Positions 9,869 to 19,400 of a stretch of 64,000 nt of DNA are shown piece after piece. How positions within the stretch are numbered: position 1 is the first letter of the stretch; the number at the start of each line of letters is the position of its first letter. The stretch comes from Myxococcota bacterium (GTDB taxonomy: Bacteria > Myxococcota_A > UBA9160 > PR03): NCBI GenBank assembly GCA_041611735.1, contig JBFIML010000010.1, positions 26,200 through 90,199 on the forward strand, given 5' to 3'. The notes beneath the pieces were generated by a model. It worked only from the letters and a program-made list of their open reading frames with translations, made no database searches and was not told the origin of the DNA. A program made the position numbers and the translations under genes.

Positions 9869-9900
9869 GGACAAACAGGGGACAAACGGGGGACAGAGGT
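9869..9900. repeat. Three 11-bp-period direct repeats (GGACAAAC core)
   Basis: ggacaaacagg / ggacaaacggg / ggacagaggt in the divergent kinase-SLT spacer. Confidence 0.6.
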
Positions 9901-10091
9901 TTCTCCCGGATCACGTCGGCTTGGCAAGCGGCCCGCCGCCGATTTCCGCCGGGGGCCCGCCGGGGACTGCACACGAAAGAAGCGACCCTTGTGAGAACCG
10001 TTTGGCCGATGCAATCTCCGAGGCCGGTCCGGGGGGTGAGGCGCCCTGCGCGCCGCGCGCCCCGCCTGCCTGCCCTACGAGGAGGCGACCC

Positions 10092-10667
10092 ATGGACGAC
10101 GCCGCATCGGGGCCGCACGGGGGCCGCATCCGCGGAGGTCCCCTCGCTCTTCTCACCGCCTGCGCCTTCCTGCTCGCCACCGGCGGGGAGGCCCCTTCCC
10201 CGGCGCTGCACCCGGGCGGCGTCGACGAGCGAGCCGCCCGGCTGGAAGCGGCAGACGTGGCGCGCGTGCTCGGGCGCGTGAACCCCACCCTGTCGCAACG
10301 TCAGCTCGCGCGCATCGGGGCGGCGGTGGTGCGCTACAGCGCCAAGTACGACCTCGACCCGGAGCTCGTCACCGCCATCATCCTGGTGGAGAGCAGTGCG
10401 CGTCCGGAGGCGCGCAGCCCCAAGGGCGCCATGGGCCTGATGCAGGTCATGCCCTACTGGCACGCCATGCTCGGGATGGCCGGCAACTCCAGCACGCTCG
10501 AGAGCAACATCGAGGCGGGCTGCCTGATCCTGGCCAGCAACATCCGGCGCCTGGGGGAGGAGGACGGCATCTCCTCCTACTTCTGGGGCTCCCAGATCCG
10601 CGGCCTGGGCTACCTGGAGCGCGTGCGCGCGGCCCGCAGCAGCGTACGCCGCTGGCTCGACTCCTGA
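10092..10667 (+). CDS. Lytic transglycosylase (SLT domain) protein
   Basis: AIILVESS catalytic motif, ARSPKGAMGLMQVMP and NIEAG; GGAGG RBS. Confidence 0.88.
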   Translation: MDDAASGPHGGRIRGGPLALLTACAFLLATGGEAPSPALHPGGVDERAARLEAADVARVLGRVNPTLSQRQLARIGAAVVRYSAKYDLDPELVTAIILVESSARPEARSPKGAMGLMQVMPYWHAMLGMAGNSSTLESNIEAGCLILASNIRRLGEEDGISSYFWGSQIRGLGYLERVRAARSSVRRWLDS

Positions 10668-10704
10668 CTCCTGAACGGGCGGGAAGCTCGCGCGGCGCGC
10701 CAAC

Positions 10705-11556
10705 GTGTCGTCCTCCGTCCGCCGGACGGAATGCCACTTCGAGGCGCCCGACGGGACGCTCCTGTTCCGGCGCGGTTGGCTCCCCGCGGTCGCGCGGCGC
10801 GTGCTCGTAGTCGTCCACGGCCTCGCGGAGCACAGCGGTCGCTACGAAGCCTTCGGGGCCTGGTTTGCGTGCCGGGGGGCCGCCGTGCACGCCTACGACC
10901 AGCGCGGGCACGGGCGCTCCGCCGGGCGACGGGTCCACGTGGAGCGCTTCGCCCAGCTCGTGGACGACCTGGGCGCGTTCCTCGAGCGGGTGCGCAGCGA
11001 GCACGCCGGGCTGCCGGCGACGGTCGTGGGCCACAGCCTGGGGGGCCTCGTGGTGGCGGCCCTTCTCGTCCGCCGGCCTCCGGGGCTGGCGGGCGCCGTG
11101 CTGTGCGCGCCGGCCCTGCCGTCGGGGCGTTCCGTCCCGCTCGGGCGCCGCCTGTGGTTGCAACTGCTGGGGCGTCTCGCGCCGCGTCTGCGTCTGGGGA
11201 TCGGGATCGACGCCCAGGACCTCTCGCGCGATCCCGCCGTGGTGAGGGGCTACCTGGAGGACCCCCTGGTGGAGCGGCGCCTGAGCGCGCGCCTCGCGGC
11301 CGAGATCCTCGCTGCCCGGGCCGGCCTGGCGTCCGCGGGACCCGAGTTCGAGGCACCGCTCCTGCTCCTGCATGGAGAGGCGGACCGCATCTGCCCGTCG
11401 GAGGCGAGCCAGGCCTTCCAGGCCCGCTGCGGCGACGCCGTGGCAACCCTGCGCCTATACCCGGAGCTGCGACACGAGCCCTTCAACGAGCCGGAGCGGG
11501 AGCAGGTCTTCGAGGACGTGCGGGACTGGCTCGAGGGCTTGCAGCGGCCGGCCTGA
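10705..11556 (+). CDS. Alpha/beta hydrolase (lysophospholipase/monoglyceride lipase)
   Basis: HGLAEHSGRY, DQRGHGRS, GHSLGG, HGEADRIC and RHE motifs. Confidence 0.93.
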   Translation: MSSSVRRTECHFEAPDGTLLFRRGWLPAVARRVLVVVHGLAEHSGRYEAFGAWFACRGAAVHAYDQRGHGRSAGRRVHVERFAQLVDDLGAFLERVRSEHAGLPATVVGHSLGGLVVAALLVRRPPGLAGAVLCAPALPSGRSVPLGRRLWLQLLGRLAPRLRLGIGIDAQDLSRDPAVVRGYLEDPLVERRLSARLAAEILAARAGLASAGPEFEAPLLLLHGEADRICPSEASQAFQARCGDAVATLRLYPELRHEPFNEPEREQVFEDVRDWLEGLQRPA

Positions 11557-11627
11557 GGCGTGCCGCGAGCCGGCCCCGGTTGGTCACCCGACGGAGCCTG
11601 GCTACCTTGGCCACGGGGAAGGCGCCT

Positions 11628-12872
11628 TTGCTGCGACGGCTCGCCGCGAGTCTCCTGTTGGCCTGCTGCGCGGCGGGGGCGACCGAGGTCCAGGCCGAGA
11701 CCCTCGTCTTCGAGCCCGGCGAGCGCGCCAGCTGGTCGCTGCGCAACGTGTTCGCCTTCCTGCGTCCCGGCCACTTCTACCGGGCGCGCAGGCTCCACGT
11801 GGAGACGACGCCCCCGGGCGCGACCCTCGACCTCTTCTACGTGCGGTCCGGCTTCCAGAAGCGCTACGAGCAGACCACCGCCCCCGTGGATCTCGTGCTG
11901 CCGCGTTGCATCGAGGCGAGCCCCCGAGATTCGGTCACCATCCGGGCGCTGGCGGACGGCTATCGGCAGACGACGATGCACGTCCGCGTGTGCGCGACGC
12001 CCCGCGAGATGGTCGTGCAGCTCGATCCGCTTCCGAACACGCTGCGGGCCGTGGCCCATACGTACTTCTCCGGACGCGCCTCCCTCGGCTTCCTGTTGGA
12101 CGAGTCGCCCACCGTGCGCCTCCAGGAGGCCGCCGGCGGCTTCAGCGTGATCCTGGCGGAGACGGCGGAGGCGGTGGAGCTGGAAGACGCCCTGCGCGCG
12201 ATCCACAGCCCCCTGGTCGGGCAGGTGGCGGCGCGTCAGCTCGGCGAGGATCTGCTGGTGGAGGTGGAGTGGGCCAACGGCGCCTCGCCGGACGCCGTGG
12301 AGCTGCGCTCGCGCCAGGACCACGACGCCGTGCGCAACCTGTATCGCTACAGCATCGATCTCGTCCCGGGCGATCGGGGCGCGCTCGCGGTGGAGCGGGC
12401 CCGGACGGCCCTGGCGCGCATCGGGCCCGAGGACGTGACCGGGTGTCCGGCGTTCTTCGATGCCGAGCTGCGGGCCGTCCTGGACCGCGCCGCCCTGGCC
12501 CGGGCCCTGCGCCCCCGGGGCGACTTCACGGATCCCTTCCTGCGCGCGGCCCTGCGCCGGCTCGGCGAGATCTCGCCGGGCGGCGTGATCCGACTCGCCG
12601 ACGGCGCCCGCTACCGGCCGAGTGAGCCCCTCGAGCTGGCCGCCGCCGCCAGCGAGGCGGCGCTGGCCGAGGGGTACCTCGCGCTGCTGCGTCGCTTCGT
12701 GGAGGAGCTCGAGCCGGCGCCCTACCGGGTGGAGACGCTGCGCAGCCTGGTGGCTCCGGAGCTCTCCCCCAGCGCCTTCTCGGCGGCAGTGTCCCGCGCC
12801 GAGCAGCGCGAGCTTCGCTGTCGAGGCAGTGCGCGCTCGGAGCGGCGCGACGCCGGTCGCTGGCTCGGCTAA
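11628..12872 (+). CDS. Hypothetical exported protein (~414 aa)
   Basis: Signal-like LLRRLAASLLLACCAAGA...VQA, then a beta-rich region and a helical C-terminus. Start uncertain. Confidence 0.7.
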   Translation: MLRRLAASLLLACCAAGATEVQAETLVFEPGERASWSLRNVFAFLRPGHFYRARRLHVETTPPGATLDLFYVRSGFQKRYEQTTAPVDLVLPRCIEASPRDSVTIRALADGYRQTTMHVRVCATPREMVVQLDPLPNTLRAVAHTYFSGRASLGFLLDESPTVRLQEAAGGFSVILAETAEAVELEDALRAIHSPLVGQVAARQLGEDLLVEVEWANGASPDAVELRSRQDHDAVRNLYRYSIDLVPGDRGALAVERARTALARIGPEDVTGCPAFFDAELRAVLDRAALARALRPRGDFTDPFLRAALRRLGEISPGGVIRLADGARYRPSEPLELAAAASEAALAEGYLALLRRFVEELEPAPYRVETLRSLVAPELSPSAFSAAVSRAEQRELRCRGSARSERRDAGRWLG

Positions 12873-12917
12873 CCTGGTCTTTCCTCGACCCCTTCGCCGG
12901 TTCCGGCGGAGCCTTCC

Positions 12918-13664
12918 GTGAGCAACCAACGCGAGTCGCGGACCGCGGCACGCCTGCGGGCCGACGGCCCGCGCGAGCGCCTCGCCCGCCTCGGTCCGGA
13001 GGCGCTCTCCGACGCGGAGCTCGTGGCCCTGCTGTTGCGCACGGGAGGGGCCGGCCAGGACGTGCTGGAGGCTGCGGACGGCCTGCTCCGCCGCTGCGGG
13101 GGACTGCACGGCCTGGCCGCCGCCGGGCTGCGCGAGCTCGCGCACGGCCCGGACGTCGGGCCCGCCAAGGCCGCCTCGGTCGGGGCGGCCCTCGAGCTCG
13201 GCCGGCGTCTGGCAGCCCGCCGCTTGCAAGCCGGGGATCCCGTGCGAGGCCCCGCGGACGTCTTCCAGCATCTGCACGCGCGCCTGCGCCACGCGCCGAG
13301 CGAACGCTTCCTCGCCCTCCTGCTGGACGGGCGCCACCGGCTGCTGCGGGAGGCTCCCATCTCCCAGGGGACCCTCACGGCCAGCCTCGTCCACCCCCGG
13401 GAGGTCTTCCGACCCGCCCTGCGCGAGGGTGCCGCCGCCCTGGTCCTCGTCCACAACCACCCGAGCGGCGATCCCCGTCCGAGCCCCGAGGACCGGGAGG
13501 TCACCCGACGCCTGGTCCGGGCCGGGCGGCTGCTCGGTGTGCCCGTCCTGGATCACGTGGTGATCGCCGAACGGGGCTTTGCCAGCTTGCGTGAGGAGGG
13601 GGAGGTTTCCGACCCCGCGCCGCCTCCGGCAGGCCGTCAAGTCCCGCCCGCGTCCCGACGATGA
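12918..13664 (+). CDS. radC: RadC/JAB-domain protein
   Basis: PRERL...LSDAELVALLL, VHPREVF, HNHPSGDPRPSPED and LDHVVI motifs. Confidence 0.95.
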   Translation: MSNQRESRTAARLRADGPRERLARLGPEALSDAELVALLLRTGGAGQDVLEAADGLLRRCGGLHGLAAAGLRELAHGPDVGPAKAASVGAALELGRRLAARRLQAGDPVRGPADVFQHLHARLRHAPSERFLALLLDGRHRLLREAPISQGTLTASLVHPREVFRPALREGAAALVLVHNHPSGDPRPSPEDREVTRRLVRAGRLLGVPVLDHVVIAERGFASLREEGEVSDPAPPPAGRQVPPASRR

Positions 13665-13722
13665 GAGCGTCGTGGGCCGGGAGACGGGGTTCCGGCCCGG
13701 AGCCGTCGTCGGGGAGGGCCCC

Positions 13723-14124
13723 ATGGCCCGATCGGGTCGTCGAGCCGAAGCGAGCGCGCGCTTGGGGGCGAGGTCGGAGCGGCGTCAGTCGCCCCGCGCC
13801 CCGCTGGTGGTGCGCGTGGCCTATGCGACCGTGGACGCCTTCTTCACCGAGTTCGCCCAGAACGTGAACGAGGGCGGCCTGTTCATCGAGACCGAGACAC
13901 CGCCGCCCCTGGATACGCGCGTGACCCTGCACTTCCAGCTGCCCGGCAGCGAAGAGCCGCTCTTCGCCGAGGGGCGCGTGGCCTGGTGCCGGGCGCCCGG
14001 GGGCGACGAGCCTCCGGGCATCGGCGTCGAGTTCGAAGGCCTGAGCCTCGCGGCCCGCGCTCGCATCAACGAACTCGTGCGGCGCCTGCGCACGCCCCAG
14101 GCGGACGTGGCGCGCAGCGCCTAG
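13723..14124 (+). CDS. PilZ-domain protein (TIGR02266-like)
   Basis: ERRQSPR, NVNEGGLFI, GRVAW and PGIGVEF motifs. Confidence 0.88.
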   Translation: MARSGRRAEASARLGARSERRQSPRAPLVVRVAYATVDAFFTEFAQNVNEGGLFIETETPPPLDTRVTLHFQLPGSEEPLFAEGRVAWCRAPGGDEPPGIGVEFEGLSLAARARINELVRRLRTPQADVARSA

Positions 14125-14137
14125 GCCCGGCTCGGGC

Positions 14138-14563
14138 TCAGAACGGGATGTCGTCCTCGGGCGGCGGCGTCGGCTCGTCGGACGCGCTGGCCTCGGGCCC
14201 CCGCGCCGGTCGCTCCGCGCCGCCTCCACCGCGCGGTCCACCCAGGAACTGGACGGTCTGGGCCGTGATCTCGGTGGTGCGCCGCTTCTGCCCCTCGCGG
14301 TCCTCCCACTCCCGCGTCTGCAGGCGCCCCTCCACGTAGACGGTGCGACCCTTCGAGAGGTACTGGGCGCACAGCTCCGCCGTCTTCCCCCAGGCGACGA
14401 TCCGGTGCCACTCGGTGCGTTCCTCGCGCTCGCCGTTGCGGTTCGTCCAGTTCTCGGTGGTCGCAAGGGTGAAGTTGACGACGGCCTGTCCGCTCTGCGT
14501 GTAGCGCAGCTCCGGGTCGCGGCCGAGGTTGCCGATCAGGATGACTCTGTTCACGCCTGCCAT
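14138..14563 (-). CDS. ssb: Single-stranded DNA-binding protein
   Basis: [26 protein letters not shown] and C-terminal DDIPF. Confidence 0.98.
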   Translation of the reverse strand: MAGVNRVILIGNLGRDPELRYTQSGQAVVNFTLATTENWTNRNGEREERTEWHRIVAWGKTAELCAQYLSKGRTVYVEGRLQTREWEDREGQKRRTTEITAQTVQFLGGPRGGGGAERPARGPEASASDEPTPPPEDDIPF

Positions 14564-14648
14564 GGGTTCTCCGTCGGAGGAAGCGGGGTGGATGGGGGCA
14601 TCATTCCCCTGCGCGAGGCCCGCGTCAAGCGTCCCGTGGGCCCTTGCG

Positions 14649-14678
14649 TTGACAGGCGTTCACGGGCGCCCCTACGCT
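14649..14678 (+). promoter_or_regulatory. Candidate sigma70 promoter for plsC
   Basis: TTGACA-N18-TACGCT upstream of the plsC start. Confidence 0.5.
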
Positions 14679-14716
14679 CTACCGGGCCAGCGGGGGAGCC
14701 TCCGGGAGGGGCCGCC

Positions 14717-15475
14717 GTGATCTACGCCCTGCGCGCGGTGCTCTGCGTGCTCTACACGGTCTTCTGGGCCTCCGTGGCGCTCGGGGCCATGGTCGTCGAC
14801 CGCAGTGGCGAGACGGTGATCTGGATCGGCCGCCGGTGGGTGCGCTGGATCCTCGCCACCTGCCGCGTCCGGATCGAGGTCGAAGGGCTCGAGAACGTCC
14901 CGGAGCGGGCGCCCGTCGTCTTCATGTCCAACCACCAGAGCCTCTTCGACATCGCCGCCCTGGTGCACACGATCCCGGTCTCCTTCCGCTTCGTGGCCAA
15001 GCGGGAGCTCGTGCGCATTCCCATCTTCGGCTGGGCCCTGGCGGTCTCCGGCCACGTGATCGTCGACCGCCACAACCGCGAGAAGGCCGTGCGCAGCCTG
15101 CACCGGGCGGCGGAGCGTGTTCGCGGCGGCACGAACGTGATCATCTTCCCCGAGGGAACTCGTAGCGCCTCCGGTGAGCTCCAGCCGTTCAAGAGCGGAG
15201 GCTTCCACCTGGCCCTCGAGGCTCAGGTTCCGATCCTCCCGGTGACGGTCTCCGGCAGCCAGCGCATCACGCCGAAGCGCTCGCTGCGCATCGAGAGCGG
15301 CACGATCAAGATCGTGTACGGGAAGCCCATTCCCACCCGGGGCCTGGGGGTCGACGACCGCAACGAGCTCAAGGAGCGCGTGCGGGAGGCGATCCTGGCG
15401 GGCTACGACTGGGGCTTCCAGCCACGCTTCGCGCCGCACCGCCAGGCCGCGGCGGCCGTCCACTCCTCCGCTTGA
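14717..15475 (+). CDS. plsC: 1-acyl-sn-glycerol-3-phosphate acyltransferase
   Basis: NHQSLFD, FVAKREL, FPEGTRS and FKSGGF motifs. Confidence 0.92.
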   Translation: MIYALRAVLCVLYTVFWASVALGAMVVDRSGETVIWIGRRWVRWILATCRVRIEVEGLENVPERAPVVFMSNHQSLFDIAALVHTIPVSFRFVAKRELVRIPIFGWALAVSGHVIVDRHNREKAVRSLHRAAERVRGGTNVIIFPEGTRSASGELQPFKSGGFHLALEAQVPILPVTVSGSQRITPKRSLRIESGTIKIVYGKPIPTRGLGVDDRNELKERVREAILAGYDWGFQPRFAPHRQAAAAVHSSA

Positions 15476-15596
15476 CGCCAGGGGGCTCCCCTGTACCCTC
15501 GGCGTGCTCGTCCCGTGGGGGTGGGGGACGTGAAATTCCTTGGCCAGGCATTCCTTTGCGAGGCAGGGCCGTCGAGGGCGTCCGAGAGCGTCCGGC

Positions 15597-18014
15597 ATGG
15601 CTAGCCGCGCCGCACGCCGCGGCCGGGGGGCGGCGGCGTCGGAACGACGCTCCGCCCTGCTCCGTTGGCTCCGCGAGGCCGTCGGCCTCGCCCTGATCGC
15701 CCTGGCGCTGCTCGCCGGCCTGGCCCTCTGGAGCTACGCGCCGGGCGATGCGCTCTTCGAGCTCGTGCCGGTCCGCAACCGGGCCGGCGCCGTGGGGGCC
15801 ACCCTGGCCGGGGTCCTGCGCCAGGGCCTGGGTGTCGTCTCGCTGGTGCTGGCGGGCGTGGCCGCCGTGCTCGGGGGTCGTGTCCTGCTGTCGCGGTGCG
15901 CACCGAGCCCGCGTTTCTGGCTGGGCGGTGCACTCCTGGTGGCCTGCGCGGCGACGCTCCTGGCTGTGGGTCACGTCCTGGCCCCGGCCCGCTTCGAGTC
16001 CGATCTCGGCGGGGCGCTCGGGGTCCGGCTGGCGGCCTGGCAGCGCCCCTGGCTGAGCAGCTGGGGCACGCTCGTCGTCAACGGCCTGGGTGCGGGCGTG
16101 GGGCTGCTCGCCGTGCTCGGCGTCTCGAGCCCGACTGCCTTGCGCGCCGCGGCGGCGGGAGCGGCCGGGCTCGCGGTCCTGGCCCGGCGCGCCCTCGCCG
16201 TCGGCTTCGTGGTCCTGGCGGCCGCGGCCCTGGCGGCGACCGGCCTGGCCCGGGCCCTGGGCCGGCTCGCCGCCGCCGGCGCCAGCGCCCTCGGCGAACG
16301 CTGGCGCGCCTTCGGAGTCTGGCGCGAGCGGCGGGCGCGGCGCGCGCGCGTGGCGGCGATCCGCGTCCCCGACGAGGCGCTGGAGCAGCCGGTGGAGGCG
16401 GTCCTGGAGCCGGCCCGCCCGCGCCCGCGCCGCCGCGACCGCGACGACCCTGCCATCGTGGACCACGCCGCCGAGCGCGAGCCGGGCCGCCCGGCCCGCC
16501 AGGAGGCCTTCGCCTTTCCGGACGGCCGGGCGCGGGGCCCCTACCGCCTGCCCGACGTCGCCATCTTCCAACGCTCGCCGGGCGGCGAGCGCCGCTACGA
16601 CCGCGACAGCCTGATCATGAACTCGCGGATCCTGGAGAAGAAGCTCCAGGACTTCGGCGTGCACGGCCGTGTGGTCACCGTCCACCCGGGACCGGTCATC
16701 ACCATGTACGAGTTCGAGCCGGCCTCCGGGGTCAAGGTGAACCGCATCGTGAACCTGGCGGACGACCTGGCGCTGGCGCTGCGGGCGCTCTCGGTGCGCA
16801 TCATCGCGCCGCTGCCGGGCAAGTCGGTGGTGGGAATCGAGGTCCCCAATGCGGAGCGCGAGGTGGTGGTGCTGCGCGACCTGCTGGAAGCGGAGTCGTT
16901 CCGGTCGAGCCGTTCCAAGCTCACCCTCGCGCTCGGCAAGGACATCTTCGGCAACCCGGTGGAGGCGGACCTGGCCCGCATGCCGCACCTGCTGGTGGCC
17001 GGGGCCACCGGGACCGGCAAGAGCGTGTTCCTGAACGCACTGCTCTGCTCGATCCTCGCCCGGGTCACGCCCGACCAGCTCAAGCTCCTCCTGATCGACC
17101 CCAAGCTCCTCGAGCTCTCGATCTACGAAGGGATCCCGCACCTGATCGCCGACGTGGTGACGAACCCGAAGCGGGCGGCGGCGGCGCTTGCGGGCATCGT
17201 CCACAAGATGGAGGAGCGCTACCAGATGATGGCGGCGCTCGGAGTCCGCAACATCGAGCAGTTCAACGCGCGCGTGGACGAGCAGCTCGCCGACGGTCGA
17301 ACGACGTTCCGCCTGCGACCCCGGCCCGGCGAGACCGAGGCGCGCGAGGCGCCGCTCACGCCCCTTGCCTACATCGTGGTGATCATCGACGAGCTGGCGG
17401 ACCTCATGGTGGTCTCCGCCCGCGACGTGGAGGAGGCGCTCCAGCGTCTCGCGCAGATGGCCCGCGCGGCGGGCATCCACCTGGTGCTGGCCACCCAGCG
17501 GCCGAGCGTGGACGTGCTGACCGGCGTGATCAAGGCGAACTTCCCGGCACGGATTTCCTTCCAGGTCTCGTCGCGCACCGACTCGCGCACGATCCTCGAC
17601 CAGAATGGCGCCGAGCACCTGCTCGGCCAGGGGGACATGCTGTTCCTCCCGCCCGGGACCTCGAAGCTCCAGCGCATCCACGGGGCCTTCGTGTCCGAGA
17701 AGGAGGTGACCGAGCTCGTGGCCTTCCTGCGCGACCAGGGAGCGCCGCAGTTCGACGACACGCTCGTGCGCATGAAGGAGGAGAGCGAGGCGCGCGAGGC
17801 GCGGGGCGAGGACGTGGACGACCTCTACGATCGGGCCGTGGCGCTGGTGGCGGAGAGCCGCAACGCCTCGATCTCCCACGTCCAGCGCCGACTCAAGGTG
17901 GGCTACAACCGGGCTGCCCGGATGATCGAGCAGATGGAGGCGGACGGCATCGTGGGTCCCCAGGAGGGGACCCGCCCGCGGGACGTGTTCATCCGCCCCC
18001 TCGACGTCGAATGA
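15597..18014 (+). CDS. ftsK: DNA translocase FtsK
   Basis: N-terminal TM domain, PHLLVAGATGTGKS, IIDELADLM, LATQRPSVDV and gamma domain QRRLKVGYNRAAR. Start uncertain. Confidence 0.96.
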   Translation: MASRAARRGRGAAASERRSALLRWLREAVGLALIALALLAGLALWSYAPGDALFELVPVRNRAGAVGATLAGVLRQGLGVVSLVLAGVAAVLGGRVLLSRCAPSPRFWLGGALLVACAATLLAVGHVLAPARFESDLGGALGVRLAAWQRPWLSSWGTLVVNGLGAGVGLLAVLGVSSPTALRAAAAGAAGLAVLARRALAVGFVVLAAAALAATGLARALGRLAAAGASALGERWRAFGVWRERRARRARVAAIRVPDEALEQPVEAVLEPARPRPRRRDRDDPAIVDHAAEREPGRPARQEAFAFPDGRARGPYRLPDVAIFQRSPGGERRYDRDSLIMNSRILEKKLQDFGVHGRVVTVHPGPVITMYEFEPASGVKVNRIVNLADDLALALRALSVRIIAPLPGKSVVGIEVPNAEREVVVLRDLLEAESFRSSRSKLTLALGKDIFGNPVEADLARMPHLLVAGATGTGKSVFLNALLCSILARVTPDQLKLLLIDPKLLELSIYEGIPHLIADVVTNPKRAAAALAGIVHKMEERYQMMAALGVRNIEQFNARVDEQLADGRTTFRLRPRPGETEAREAPLTPLAYIVVIIDELADLMVVSARDVEEALQRLAQMARAAGIHLVLATQRPSVDVLTGVIKANFPARISFQVSSRTDSRTILDQNGAEHLLGQGDMLFLPPGTSKLQRIHGAFVSEKEVTELVAFLRDQGAPQFDDTLVRMKEESEAREARGEDVDDLYDRAVALVAESRNASISHVQRRLKVGYNRAARMIEQMEADGIVGPQEGTRPRDVFIRPLDVE

Positions 18015-18739
18015 TCCCGTCCCGGGCGCGTCGAAGGGCCGTGCGCTCGATCCTGCCCCCGTGCCTGGCGATCGCCCTGCTCCTCGTGGCCGCCCCGACG
18101 CCGGCCAACGACTCCGACTCGTCGCCGTCCGGCTCCGGCTGCGCGGAAGCCGCCGCACGCCGGGTCCAGAGCCGTTACGAGGAGATCCGCGACCTCTCCG
18201 CCCGCTTCGAGCAGCGCACCCGCCCGGCTGCCTTCGGAGGCCAGGGCGCGCCCTTCGTGGCCCGGGGGCGCGTCACCCTCGCCAAGCCGGGCCGCATGCG
18301 GTGGGCCTACGAGGCGCCGGAGCCGAGCCTGGTGGTGAGCGACGGCAAGACGGTCTGGGTGTACGACCCCGCCGCCCGCGAGGCCCAGCACCTGCCCCTG
18401 GGCGAGCGTTTCCTCTCGGGCGCCGCGATCCAATTCCTGATCGGCCGCGGCAACCTGCTCGAGGAGTTCTCGGTGAGTTCGCCGGCCTGCGGCGAGTCCC
18501 CGCTGCGCCTCGTGCTGGTGCCGAAGCGGGATGCGCCCTACGAGCGGCTCGAGGTGCGCGTGGAGCCCCGCACCGGCGTGGTGGTCGAGACCGCCGTGGC
18601 GGACCTGCTCGGCAACGTGACCCACGTGGTCTTCGAGGACATGCGCACGAACCAGGACCCCGAGCCGGCCCTGTTCCGCTTCGAGCCGGAGCCGGGCGTC
18701 AAGGTGATCGAGCTGCCGCCGGCACCCGCCAGGCCCTAG
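18011..18739 (+). CDS. lolA: Outer membrane lipoprotein carrier LolA
   Basis: Signal peptide; ARFEQ, KPGRMRWAYEAP, VSDGKTVWVYDP and FRFEP motifs; ATGA overlap with ftsK. Confidence 0.92.
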   Translation: MIPSRARRRAVRSILPPCLAIALLLVAAPTPANDSDSSPSGSGCAEAAARRVQSRYEEIRDLSARFEQRTRPAAFGGQGAPFVARGRVTLAKPGRMRWAYEAPEPSLVVSDGKTVWVYDPAAREAQHLPLGERFLSGAAIQFLIGRGNLLEEFSVSSPACGESPLRLVLVPKRDAPYERLEVRVEPRTGVVVETAVADLLGNVTHVVFEDMRTNQDPEPALFRFEPEPGVKVIELPPAPARP

Positions 18740-19051
18740 GACCCCCCGAACGGAACCATGCAGCCGCGGGCCCTCCCGGGCCGGCGCGTCTCCGCATTCG
18801 GGAAGTCGACTTCCCTCCCGGGGCGGTCTCGCAAGGTTCCGCGCACGCCTCCCGCCTGCCGGTGGATCCCCGACGCTTTCGTCAAGAGGCTGGCTCCTGG
18901 CCCCCAGGCGTTGCCTCACGAGGCGGCAGCCAGGCGGCCCAGATGCGCGTCCCGGCGAAGCCAGCCGGCAGGCGCGCTGGCGGGGGGAGGGCGCCGCACC
19001 CCGCCGCCCCGCTCGCCGGGCGCCTCCGGGCGGCTGGGCCGGCCGTCTCGC

Positions 19052-19079
19052 TTGACAGCAAGACGCGTTCTGATAGACT
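19052..19079 (+). promoter_or_regulatory. Candidate promoter of the Pup-proteasome operon
   Basis: TTGACA-N16-TAGACT with an extended -10 TG, in an AT-richer patch. Confidence 0.6.
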
Positions 19080-19400
19080 CCACGAGGCTAAAAACGATTG
19101 CAATATCGAGGGTTTCGGCGGTTTCTTCGGCGCGGGTGAGAGCGGCCGGTGGGCCTCGGGAGGCGACCGGCCGGCGGCAGCTTCGGTCTTCGAAGCTCCG
19201 GTGGGGACGGTGATGCGGTCCGGCTCGGGCGTTCCCAACACTCGCGCGCAACGCGCGCGCAACTGCGGCGCGCAGCGGCTCGCCACCGGTTCGCTATCCG
19301 GCGATGATGCCTTTCCGGTGCACGGCACGTGGATTGCATCGATTCGTCCCCGAGTGGCGCCACGAGCGGGCGTGGCGCCGGAGCACGGGGAGAGGGCGCG

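Noticed and set aside
12918-13664. radC as a marker of a mobile element, or as a JAB deubiquitinase partner of Pup
   Set aside because: It is the full-length chromosomal type with no mobile genes nearby, and nothing in the sequence links it to pupylation (Dop is the depupylase).
15665-18739. 1024-aa ORF ending in LolA
   Set aside because: An off-frame overlap with ftsK; LolA starts at 18011 with a signal peptide.
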